Positions 1 through 8,164 of a DNA stretch of 26,716 nt are shown in pieces. The DNA lies in IMG/VR virus record IMGVR_UViG_3300046010_013872, positions 1 through 26,716 of that record. One strand, 5' to 3'. Made by a program: the position numbers and the translations under genes. Positions within the stretch are counted from its first letter, which is position 1; each line of letters opens with the position of its first letter. The notes under the pieces were generated by a model. The model searched no databases. It was not told the DNA's origin and was given only the letters and a program-made list of their open reading frames with translations. This DNA is from a virus. Lineage: Duplodnaviria; Caudoviricetes.

Positions 1-199
1 AACTGGCCTTGATAGCGCTCCAGATCCCATCAGCTTTGCACCCCACCACAAACGCATTGATTGCATCGCGCACTGCGGTTTCCAGTGCCTGGCCATCGGC
101 GGTCTCGACGGCGGTAATGTAGGCCGATGCGTCGGGGTCGTAGGCGGAAGGCGGGGTCAAGCTCCCCACAAACGCCACATCAAACAGGCTGAACGTCAT
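1..199 (-). CDS. Partial ORF running off the left edge; hypothetical, probably virion/fibre-associated (MTFSLFDVAFVGSLTPPSAYDPDASAYITAVETADGQALETAVRDAINAFVVGCKADGIWSAIKAS...)
   Basis: Not in the ORF track. ATG at 197-199 overlaps the stop of the upstream ORF (ATGA). 66 open codons to the edge, with GC-rich third positions like its neighbours. Confidence 0.75.
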   Translation of the reverse strand, partial: MTFSLFDVAFVGSLTPPSAYDPDASAYITAVETADGQALETAVRDAINAFVVGCKADGIWSAIKAS

Positions 200-927
200 A
201 ACTGCACCTCCACCGGCAGCCACTGCAGCGCCGATTCCACGGCCTCAGTCTCGGGATCGTCCGGCGCATAGGTGCCATCCACCGCCCTCGGCTGATCCCA
301 TCGCCACCGCGACCCATCAGGGCCGGTCCACTCATCGCCTCGCGCCGGATTAGGCGGCCAGTTCCACTGCTGCTGTGCCCCGGCCAGGCCCACCACGAAC
401 TCAGCGGGAAGGTCGTACTGAGTGGCGAGCATCTGCAGCCCTGTGACCAGCTCAGGCGCGATTAGGCCAATGCCCCGGCAGGTCTGCCAGGCGCCCAGGA
501 ACACCCTGCTGTCACCATCGGCAGCCTTCCCGAGACCCACGCCCAGGGCCAGTGCAAGGCGCGGCGAGACGGTCTGCGCATTCGCCAGCAGCCCATCCAC
601 CTCCACCGGCAGGGCATCGCTGAACTCGATCCAGCGGGGCGGGTGCGTCTGGCGGTAGTGCGCCTCTCGCTCAGCTTGGGTCAGCTCCACCAGCTCCCAT
701 TGCTGCAGCCACTGGCCATCGGCCTCGACGGGCTGGGCCTCGATCACGCGATGGGTGGCGGGGTCGTAGCTGGGCTGGGCCTGCGGCACCACGCGAAACA
801 CGCCGTAGTGCGCCAGCTCGCGGCTGGAGGGCGACACGGAGAACGACCGGCTCGGCTCATCAATGCGGAGCTGGCCCAGCGAATACGGCCAGCGGAGCGG
901 GTTGAGGCGGATCAGGGTGCTCATCAT
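196..927 (-). CDS. Hypothetical protein, possible tail-fibre assembly/chaperone-like protein
   Basis: 243 aa, coupled to both neighbours (TGATG and ATGA overlaps). N-terminal WPYSLGQLR..LAHYGVFRV..QPSYDPATHRVIE..DGQWLQQW resembles small proteins found next to phage fibre genes. Function is inferred from context. Confidence 0.55.
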   Translation of the reverse strand: MMSTLIRLNPLRWPYSLGQLRIDEPSRSFSVSPSSRELAHYGVFRVVPQAQPSYDPATHRVIEAQPVEADGQWLQQWELVELTQAEREAHYRQTHPPRWIEFSDALPVEVDGLLANAQTVSPRLALALGVGLGKAADGDSRVFLGAWQTCRGIGLIAPELVTGLQMLATQYDLPAEFVVGLAGAQQQWNWPPNPARGDEWTGPDGSRWRWDQPRAVDGTYAPDDPETEAVESALQWLPVEVQL

Positions 928-1802
928 CAGCTCTGCACGGCGTAGGCCGCCACCACGTCAGCGTTGGTGGTTCCAAATGCGGTGATGCTGAGCACGCCCA
1001 CCTTCGACGCGGCAATGTTCGCGGGCTTGGTGCCCAGGAACCTCCAATCAGTCGGGAACGTAAACGTGCGCTGGTTGGCATCGGCCACCAGCCGAATCAC
1101 CAGCGTCCGCCCATTGGCCAGGTTGCTGGTGGTCAGCTCCAGATTCCCGGTGAGGCTGATCGTCCGGTACTGGGCATCGAGGCTGGCGAAGTCCAGCGCC
1201 ACCATCGCGCCGTAGGTGATCGTCGAAAACGACCTGGCCGGCTGTAGCCCCGCCGAAGACGTGGAGACTAATGGCAGAACAGTTCCAATACCAGTGCTGC
1301 TGCTTAAAGTTCTTGTAGTAGAAGCATAAGAAATATTTGTATTACCAGAAATATTAATATCAACAGTGCTTCCGTTAACCGAAAAAGTATTTCCTAGACC
1401 AGTAAAATTAAGAGTAGTAATTCCAGTCCCAATTACAGTTCCAGTGGACTGGATACCTACTCCAGAAATAATGTTTTGTAATTTACTACCGTCACCATAA
1501 TAAGTAACAATACCTGAAGTGGCAGTAACAATTCCAGAAGAAACCTGAACATTTCCTAATGTTGAAACACCAGAAACACTTAAAGCCGAAACGGAAATTG
1601 AAGGGTTTCCAGTAAGACCTTCGGCTACTGTGGCTATACCAGAAACAGAAGCATAATCAGATAATTGCACCGAAGTGACTAGGCCAACAGCATCACCGAC
1701 AGTAGACCGCTTAGTTGTCCCGTTCTGATTTATGATAATAACTTCTGTTCCATCTAAGGGGTCAGAAGTCGGTAATTGGCTAATTCGGATTGTTCCTATC
1801 AT
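927..1802 (-). CDS. Fibre-like virion protein, compositionally chimeric (AT-rich 5' part, GC-rich 3' part)
   Basis: 291 aa, rich in G/S/T/V. Has an N-terminal IRISQLP motif and SGVSTLG/GIVTATSGIVTYYGDGSKL segments of the kind seen in cyanophage fibres, plus a beta-rich C-terminal domain. Confidence 0.65.
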   Translation of the reverse strand: MIGTIRISQLPTSDPLDGTEVIIINQNGTTKRSTVGDAVGLVTSVQLSDYASVSGIATVAEGLTGNPSISVSALSVSGVSTLGNVQVSSGIVTATSGIVTYYGDGSKLQNIISGVGIQSTGTVIGTGITTLNFTGLGNTFSVNGSTVDINISGNTNISYASTTRTLSSSTGIGTVLPLVSTSSAGLQPARSFSTITYGAMVALDFASLDAQYRTISLTGNLELTTSNLANGRTLVIRLVADANQRTFTFPTDWRFLGTKPANIAASKVGVLSITAFGTTNADVVAAYAVQS

Positions 1803-3685
1803 GCGACCTCGGTTTGTATTTTATTTCCGTCTTCAGTGAGGATTATCATATTATTTTCAGTTTGAAGTGTAAATTCTATGGCTGGTCTAGTAATTGCCAG
1901 GTATGATACATTATATATAATAGTCGAATTTGTATTAGATGTTGCCACTAGATCAATAAATCCATCATCAATATTTATATTAAAATCAACAAAAGTTGAC
2001 CCAACTGACGCTGAGCTAACCACACTACTATTTATATTTAGTCCATTGTTAACCGATAAAATTTTCACGGTATTTATAGAAACTCCATTTGTTGCTTGAA
2101 TTAGATATTCTATAGTAGAATAATCAGAAACGTTAACATTCTTATGAATTGATGTTGGATTCGTTGTGTTTGTAATTGCAGTAAAAGATTTTTGTAATGT
2201 AACAGGTTGATTAAAAAATGGAGTATCTGGCTCACTATCAAGAATAGTAATTGAATTTGTAGTGATATTATCAATATCAATAAGTCCTCCACCACCTTCA
2301 ACAGTTACAAATTCAAAGTTTTTTTCTGGGTGATTATACCTAAGAAACTTTCCATCATAAGCAGCCGGATTGGTTGCGATTCCAACAATATCATCTAGAT
2401 ACTTTAATCGGGTTTCACCGCCCCCACCAAGCGTTGATAGTTGCTGTTGAATCCGATTAATGAATAATCTATAATGTTGCTGAAGTTGTTCTAGGGTTAC
2501 AAAATTTTGATCTAAGGGAGTTAGCGGGTCATTATTTTTTACAGAAGGTGGTTCGGTGAAATTGTTTTCAGAAAGAATTTCTTTTTCATCAAACTTTTTA
2601 AATACCTCTTCTAGGTACTTGACTTTTTTACCAAGTTTATGATTCTGTCTTTCAATTTCTTCAAAATTTATTTTTGATAAGGCGTTCTTAACGTCCTCTT
2701 CAATTTCGTAAAGATTTTTGTTTTGATCTTTTATGTGTTTTTCATTAAGAAGAATATTAACTTCTAGACCCGCAACTTTTTCTTTAATTTGTTCTTTATA
2801 AGAAACATTAGTTTCAACTTCTTTTGAAATTAAACTACCTAATTCTTTAAGCTCTTTAAATTTTTGAGTAACCTCAGAAATTAATTCATTTTTATTGTCT
2901 TCAATCAAAGACAATTTATCAAGAGTATTATTTAAATTCTCTGTAAAAGACGTTAAAGTGGTAGAAAGTTTATTATCATAATCATTTAATCTGGTTTCCG
3001 TCTTTTTTTCAGATTCTATTATAAACTTTTTATATTTTGGAATTTCTTCGCTTTGAATTTTTTTAAGACTAAGTTCTAGTTTTTCAAAATCTTCAAAAAC
3101 ACTAGACAGGGCTTTTTCGTTAATTCCTTCAAGAGATTCTGTTAATTCTTGATATTTTACATCAAGAATATCTCCAATACCGTCTAAAGTTTTGTTTATA
3201 TTTTCTTCAAATTGCCTGACTCTATTATCGGTTCGGACTTCGCTTTCTACAATTAATTTTTTATACTTAGGAACATCATTATCAAGAAAAGAATTTACCG
3301 ATTCGGTTAAATTAGATACATCTGATTTGATTTCAGATAGATTTTTTTCATTTAATCCTTTTACTTTTGTCTGGACTTCTTGTATGCTTTGCCCTACCGT
3401 AAGAAGTTGGGCCATAATGGCCCTATCTAGATCTTCTTTAGAAATAAGATTTTGAATCTCTTCACTAATTAAATCTACTTTTTCTGAAATATGATTAACT
3501 CTTTCTATATTGACTCTATAACTATCAAGAGTTTCGGAAAAAACTTTATAGCTATCAAGAGTATCTGAAAAATTAGAAGAAGTTTCTATAATATTTGCAG
3601 GAGTATCCGCCACCCGATGAAACTCCTCATTGAGGGCTAACTTATCTTCTTTTTTAAAATATTCAGTAGGTTTTTTGAGTGCCAC
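1799..3685 (-). CDS. Long coiled-coil virion/fibre-like protein
   Basis: 628 aa, GTG start. About 370 N-terminal E/K/L-rich heptad-like residues, then the DPLTPL...STLGGGGE module, then a beta-rich C-terminus ending LQTENNMIILTEDG. Confidence 0.6.
   Translation of the reverse strand: MALKKPTEYFKKEDKLALNEEFHRVADTPANIIETSSNFSDTLDSYKVFSETLDSYRVNIERVNHISEKVDLISEEIQNLISKEDLDRAIMAQLLTVGQSIQEVQTKVKGLNEKNLSEIKSDVSNLTESVNSFLDNDVPKYKKLIVESEVRTDNRVRQFEENINKTLDGIGDILDVKYQELTESLEGINEKALSSVFEDFEKLELSLKKIQSEEIPKYKKFIIESEKKTETRLNDYDNKLSTTLTSFTENLNNTLDKLSLIEDNKNELISEVTQKFKELKELGSLISKEVETNVSYKEQIKEKVAGLEVNILLNEKHIKDQNKNLYEIEEDVKNALSKINFEEIERQNHKLGKKVKYLEEVFKKFDEKEILSENNFTEPPSVKNNDPLTPLDQNFVTLEQLQQHYRLFINRIQQQLSTLGGGGETRLKYLDDIVGIATNPAAYDGKFLRYNHPEKNFEFVTVEGGGGLIDIDNITTNSITILDSEPDTPFFNQPVTLQKSFTAITNTTNPTSIHKNVNVSDYSTIEYLIQATNGVSINTVKILSVNNGLNINSSVVSSASVGSTFVDFNINIDDGFIDLVATSNTNSTIIYNVSYLAITRPAIEFTLQTENNMIILTEDGNKIQTEVA
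2414..2530 (-). repeat. 39-aa module, copy 1 (DPLTPLDQNFVTLEQLQQHYRLFINRIQQQLSTLGGGGE)
   Basis: 30/39 aa identical to 5274-5390 by direct comparison. Confidence 0.9.
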
Positions 3686-3705
3686 TATTATTTTTCTATT
3701 AGAGC

Positions 3706-3712
3706 TATTTAT
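3706..3712 (-). promoter_or_regulatory. T4-like late promoter (ATAAATA)
   Basis: TAAATA core about 20 nt upstream of the 628-aa ORF start. Related to the T4 gp55 late consensus TATAAATA. Confidence 0.6.
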
Positions 3713-4962
3713 CAGTATATCTCACGCCATCTTATGGCAACTCCCACACTAGTAGAATTGGATCCAATATTTGAAACCCTGACCGAGAAAATTTCTGAAT
3801 CAGTCGAATCAAAATTCTGAGACAAAAAGTTCTTCTTTGATGTTGGGCCAAATTGAGATTGTGAGCCACTAGATGCTGGTTTGTTTATATTTTGACTATC
3901 ACCTGAAGCAAAACCTCCCATAAAATCTTCAAACGCCGCAGTAGTAATCCCGGTTGCTGTCTGGTTATATTCAACAACAGATTCATCGCTTTCAGAAACC
4001 CAGGTTCCAAGTGTAGAAAAACCAACAAAGTTTTTAATTTTTACTACCTCGTATCTAATATTTTCTCCAACGCTAATGATAGAAATATCTTCTAATTTTA
4101 CTGTTGCCCTATTAGGATATCCCTTAAAAGAATTCTTAAGGCGAATTGCAATAACCGGAACAGTAGAACCAACCCCGACAATTCTAAGTGGCGACACATG
4201 AGAAAATTCTCTACCTGCCTCGGTATAACCACCCTCGCTCATTACTGTTGCACAAATTTGTAAAAATGACCCACCAGCACCAACCTGAGTTCCAATGTTT
4301 CTAACCTCGCATCTGACAGGGAGATTAGGGTTAGACATATAAACTGTCTCAAGGTTATTTGAGTTATAAAATTCATGGGCAACTACGTTTTTTCCATCAA
4401 TAGCGAATCCACAACGAACTCTTCCTACCCCCAACCATTCAAAATCGGTAAAGAATAATTGGGTTTTAGTGATGTCTAAATTAAATCCAGAAGGACCTGA
4501 ACCATCTAGTTTGTCTTTGTTCCAAACCGTTTGGGCTACTTTTCTATCTGATGCAATACCTGATGTAAAAGATCTGATTACAAAATTCAGGGTTCCATTT
4601 GCTTCTTGTTCAAAAAAGATGCCGTTTCTATCATCAAAATATCCGGTTCTTTTGTATACATTTTGCTGTGGCCCACCAAAGTTAAATGAACTAAAAATTA
4701 GTTGCGATTTACCTGGCATGTAATGGTGATATCTTTTTGACTGGTGAATACAAAGGCCATTTGTACTGATGCCAGAATTTAGAATAGCCCCGGCCTGGTT
4801 TTGGTCAAAAATGACGGTTGATCCAGTGCCCACGTTTACATCAATAAAATCCGGATCAATTGAATATAAATGCTTATAATCGCCCAGGGTAAACGGATCC
4901 GAAGTCCTTAGTCTTCCGAAGGCATCATCTTGCGGTTTAAACGGTTCATATAAATGTGACAT
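3712..4962 (-). CDS. Putative virion structural protein, beta-sandwich/lectin-like
   Basis: 416 aa with N-terminal DAFGRLRTS and a FEWLGVGRVRCGF motif. Beta-rich, lies in a structural cluster, and is coupled to the upstream ORF (TAATG). Confidence 0.55.
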   Translation of the reverse strand: MSHLYEPFKPQDDAFGRLRTSDPFTLGDYKHLYSIDPDFIDVNVGTGSTVIFDQNQAGAILNSGISTNGLCIHQSKRYHHYMPGKSQLIFSSFNFGGPQQNVYKRTGYFDDRNGIFFEQEANGTLNFVIRSFTSGIASDRKVAQTVWNKDKLDGSGPSGFNLDITKTQLFFTDFEWLGVGRVRCGFAIDGKNVVAHEFYNSNNLETVYMSNPNLPVRCEVRNIGTQVGAGGSFLQICATVMSEGGYTEAGREFSHVSPLRIVGVGSTVPVIAIRLKNSFKGYPNRATVKLEDISIISVGENIRYEVVKIKNFVGFSTLGTWVSESDESVVEYNQTATGITTAAFEDFMGGFASGDSQNINKPASSGSQSQFGPTSKKNFLSQNFDSTDSEIFSVRVSNIGSNSTSVGVAIRWREIY

Positions 4963-5633
4963 TAGACTACTCTCCAGGAATTACCTTTCCATATAAATGT
5001 TAAACTACCATAATCAAATGCAAGAATTGCGCGATCTCTTCCGTCAATTAAATCTGAACCAGATGGTAAAATTGTAATATAACGATTAGATCCTTTAGAT
5101 GCTTCTCCTAATTCGTCTTTTACAATAAATATTTTTCCTTCTCTTTCGGCTTTTGGTAGAGTTATTGTGACGGCTCCTTCATAATTAACGCCAATATAAT
5201 AATCTTGTGGTTTTATTGAATACGAAGCGGATGTTACGGACGTAATAGGAACGTCCATATAAGTCAGATTGACTTCACCACCTCCACCTAAAGTAGAAAG
5301 TTGTTGTTGAACCCGATCAATAAAGATCTTATAATGCTTTTGAAGATCCTCTAAAGTAGCAAATTTTTGATTAAGTGGGGTTAATGGGTCCGAATTGTTC
5401 GTTTTTATCGGTTCTGCAAGAAGACCTAGAGATTTTTGAATAAGAGTAGGTTCACCAAAAGATTCTTTTTTCTTTGGTTTGGGCGTAATCTTTTTTTGTT
5501 TCGGGGCTACTTTTTCGGTTAATGGTGCAATAAAAGATTCCTCAAAAGAGCCAGAGATAAGATCATCTAGCTCTTTTTTGGATTTCTTTTTTTCTTCTGA
5601 TACTAATTTAAAAAAATCAGAAAGATCACTCAT
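4962..5633 (-). CDS. Hypothetical virion protein with shared GGGGE module and small C-terminal beta domain
   Basis: 223 aa. Basic N-terminus, then the shared 39-aa module, then YYIGVNYEGAVTITLP...IFIVKDE...LIDG...SLTFIWKGNSWRVV. Confidence 0.6.
   Translation of the reverse strand: MSDLSDFFKLVSEEKKKSKKELDDLISGSFEESFIAPLTEKVAPKQKKITPKPKKKESFGEPTLIQKSLGLLAEPIKTNNSDPLTPLNQKFATLEDLQKHYKIFIDRVQQQLSTLGGGGEVNLTYMDVPITSVTSASYSIKPQDYYIGVNYEGAVTITLPKAEREGKIFIVKDELGEASKGSNRYITILPSGSDLIDGRDRAILAFDYGSLTFIWKGNSWRVV
5274..5390 (-). repeat. 39-aa module, copy 2 (DPLTPLNQKFATLEDLQKHYKIFIDRVQQQLSTLGGGGE)
   Basis: 30/39 aa identical to 2414-2530. Confidence 0.9.
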
Positions 5634-5778
5634 CGGATCCGTTAAACATACTCATCGCCACTTCTGGGCGATAATTATCAATTTTTTCTACTGCCTTGAC
5701 TGATAGAATATTCTTGATCCCGTCACTAATTTGTGAAGGAGATTCATCAGCAATGATTGCATTAATTAGTTCTTCCAT
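5626..5778 (-). CDS. 50-aa acidic protein at the T4 gp67 (prohead core) position
   Basis: Below the ORF-track cutoff: MEELINAIIADESPSQISDGIKNILSVKAVEKIDNYRPEVAMSMFNGSDE. Immediately follows the portal gene, is preceded by CTAAATA, and overlaps the next start. Confidence 0.75.
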   Translation of the reverse strand: MEELINAIIADESPSQISDGIKNILSVKAVEKIDNYRPEVAMSMFNGSDE

Positions 5779-5801
5779 GTTGATTAATTATGAACTTGTA
5801 G

Positions 5802-5808
5802 TATTTAG
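5802..5808 (-). promoter_or_regulatory. T4-like late promoter (CTAAATA) overlapping the gp20 stop
   Basis: TAAATA core about 24 nt upstream of the 50-aa ORF. Confidence 0.65.
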
Positions 5809-7493
5809 ATCTCACCACCTTTGGGCATTTCCATGGCCTTTGTATCAACACCAGGCTCTGTTGGGACCTTGCCCATATCACCCTGAATAGCCTCTCCTGG
5901 GGGTTCTGCGAGGGGTTGACCGGTCTCGGGATCTACAGGGATCGTTGGATCGGGAATAATTCCTTCTTCGATTTCTTTTTTAATAAGAATATCCTGCTCA
6001 ACAATTTCCTCGTCGGTCTGTCTTAGAACTTTTCTTCTTAGGTAATCTTGGGAGAAATATCGACCAACATAAGGCTCGGCCATTGACACCATATTCAGTC
6101 TTTCTGTCAGGAGTTCTGATTCTTTAAGTTCGGCAAAATGATTATCATAAAGATAATCAAACTGAATATGTTCAGACATTGCTTCCCAGTCTTCTGGGGT
6201 TATAATGTTCTTGAGAATCAGCTGGGTCCGAAGAAGATCGACAAAAAGTTTAGAGAATCTTTTTCTCAGTCTTCCAACAAACTTTGAAAACTTAACCTCG
6301 TCCCTTAGGATCTCAGAAGATCTACCGAGATTAAATCCACTTTCGCCGTCAATTCTTGAAGAAGGAACATTTAAAGACTTATAAAGTTTTCTTTGGAAAT
6401 AATTGAGGTCAGTTAGTTCTCCTAGGTTATTAGAACCAGGAAGAGTTGTTACTTCGGTTCCTCTTCCGCCCTCTCTTCTAGGGAGCCAATAATCATCCAT
6501 GAGACTCTGGAATCTCCGATCATTCTGTACTTCACCAGTTTCAATGTTATAGTTTAGTTTATTTCTATATCTCATCATGGTCTCTTTGAGATATTGTTCG
6601 GCCTTGACTTTAGGCATATTACCCACGTCAATATAGAAAATCCTTCTTTCGGTTCCTCTTACCATTCGATGAATCACAATACTGTCCTCAATCATTCTTA
6701 GTTGATTAAGTGATTTGATCGCCTTATTGAGATAAGAAAGTGTCGTATTTTTATTTCGATCAACCAGACCAGAAGTACAATAAACAATACTGTCTTTGGC
6801 AAATTTGATTGCCCCGTCATTTTTGGCGTTCTCAGAAGATGTTGCACTAATAGAAGTATTGGATAATGGATAATTGGGTTTTGAATTATAAACAAAGTAT
6901 TCTTCAATCTCAGGGAAAGACTGACGCATTGGATCGAGTTCTTCCCCCATGCGATTTAATCTATTTACGTCTTTTTCAGATTTCTTTGCCTGTCTTACGT
7001 ACCTCATTTTGAGGCTATCGATATATCTGAGTTCTTGAATTCCAAGTTCTGGTTTTTTAAAATCGATTACTTTATGATAATAAAGTCTGCCGTCAACATA
7101 CCAGTTTCTATAGATTTCGTGACATTTTTTATCAAAATCTAGGAGCTGTAGAATATATTTAAATTCGTCTCTTATTTTTTGTTTTATACCATCACTCGCG
7201 TTTAAATTAGATAGTTCTATCTGAACCGGACTGTCATTAGAGTCTGATACAATTGCCTCATTTACAATATCCTCAATGGCCGAATCCACTTCTGGATGAA
7301 GGGACATCTCACGATACCTGCGGATTAGATCATATTCGGTCCTATAAACACCTTCGATATCAACATAAGATCCAAAAAAACCAGACGTTAAATAATAGTC
7401 AACCCCATCCTCGTTATTTTGAGGAATGGGGGAGACTGCTGTTTGACTTAGTTTTGTTGTATCATTAATAGAAAATCCAAAAAGTTTTGCCAT
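5805..7493 (-). CDS. gp20: Portal vertex protein (T4 gp20 homolog)
   Basis: Motifs HPEVDSAIEDIVNEAI, WYVDGRLYYHK, RRIFYIDVGNMPK, DYWLPRREGGRGTEVTTLPG, SSEILRDEVKFSKF. Follows gp19. Confidence 0.97.
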   Translation of the reverse strand: MAKLFGFSINDTTKLSQTAVSPIPQNNEDGVDYYLTSGFFGSYVDIEGVYRTEYDLIRRYREMSLHPEVDSAIEDIVNEAIVSDSNDSPVQIELSNLNASDGIKQKIRDEFKYILQLLDFDKKCHEIYRNWYVDGRLYYHKVIDFKKPELGIQELRYIDSLKMRYVRQAKKSEKDVNRLNRMGEELDPMRQSFPEIEEYFVYNSKPNYPLSNTSISATSSENAKNDGAIKFAKDSIVYCTSGLVDRNKNTTLSYLNKAIKSLNQLRMIEDSIVIHRMVRGTERRIFYIDVGNMPKVKAEQYLKETMMRYRNKLNYNIETGEVQNDRRFQSLMDDYWLPRREGGRGTEVTTLPGSNNLGELTDLNYFQRKLYKSLNVPSSRIDGESGFNLGRSSEILRDEVKFSKFVGRLRKRFSKLFVDLLRTQLILKNIITPEDWEAMSEHIQFDYLYDNHFAELKESELLTERLNMVSMAEPYVGRYFSQDYLRRKVLRQTDEEIVEQDILIKKEIEEGIIPDPTIPVDPETGQPLAEPPGEAIQGDMGKVPTEPGVDTKAMEMPKGGEI

Positions 7494-7514
7494 AATTAAG
7501 GGTTAGGGTTATTC

Positions 7515-7521
7515 TATTTAT
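7515..7521 (-). promoter_or_regulatory. T4-like late promoter (ATAAATA) upstream of gp20
   Basis: TAAATA core in the gp19-gp20 spacer. Confidence 0.6.
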
Positions 7522-8132
7522 TACTTGATTTCAGGACCGCCATCGTTGTTATTACCGTCACCAACACCAACCTCAAACCACTGCATCTGGAAATCTACAG
7601 TGAATCGTTCAATAGTGTTGCTATCACTATAAGAAAGATCAATTGCACCCACAGAGGATGGCCAGATATCATAAAGTTTATAGGTTCTTAAAATAGCAGC
7701 ATTTTCGGTTGTATTATTGTTTCTAGCATACTGTTCGGCACCCCTACCAAGTTGTTTGACGTATGCATTAACCATATATGAATTGGGATCAGTTGCACCA
7801 GATGCATTATCCAATTTACTAATTTTATTTGCCCATTGCTCAAATGCTGTACGGATGTCAAAATCCTCATCATTAATAATGGTAACAGACCAAATATCAA
7901 TAGTACGATCACCGGCCACCTTAAGAATTCTTCCTCTAAAAGGAATATCAATAGGGTTTACAGTAGAAGCAGGTAGTGAAGTCGCCTCACATAAGAATTT
8001 AAATTTTCTTGCAACATCAGTACTCCAGGAAATACCTTCAGGCAATGTATCCATGCTTACTTCAAATAGGTTTGGGCGAGCGCCGCCACCTCTTAACTGG
8101 TTTTTAAATTGTGAAATAGTGCGAAGTGTCAT
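7521..8132 (-). CDS. gp19: Tail tube protein (T4 gp19 homolog)
   Basis: GGARPNLFEV, FRGRILKVAGDRT, W.VTIINDEDF.IR.AFE.W motifs. Follows the sheath gene. Confidence 0.95.
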   Translation of the reverse strand: MTLRTISQFKNQLRGGGARPNLFEVSMDTLPEGISWSTDVARKFKFLCEATSLPASTVNPIDIPFRGRILKVAGDRTIDIWSVTIINDEDFDIRTAFEQWANKISKLDNASGATDPNSYMVNAYVKQLGRGAEQYARNNNTTENAAILRTYKLYDIWPSSVGAIDLSYSDSNTIERFTVDFQMQWFEVGVGDGNNNDGGPEIK

Positions 8133-8164
8133 TTTTAAGTCCTCCTTAGTTTGTTTTTAGATAA

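Noticed and set aside
422-1215. Overlapping ORFs 422-658, 643-945, 860-1081 and 964-1215
   Set aside because: Shadow frames expected in GC-rich DNA. The minus-strand genes already tile the region with coupled start/stop overlaps.
1-5633. Diversity-generating retroelement or invertible shufflon in the fibre cluster
   Set aside because: No reverse transcriptase, recombinase or inverted crossover sites seen. The 117-nt repeat pair differs at all base types, not only at adenines.
7497-7511. Telomere-like ttaagggttagggtta
   Set aside because: Only about two units in a short spacer; compatible with chance.
7717-8160. 147-aa + strand ORF and other short ORFs inside gp17-gp20, gp13-gp15 and the giant gene
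   Set aside because: Antisense or off-frame to well-supported genes, with no recognisable motifs or expression signals.
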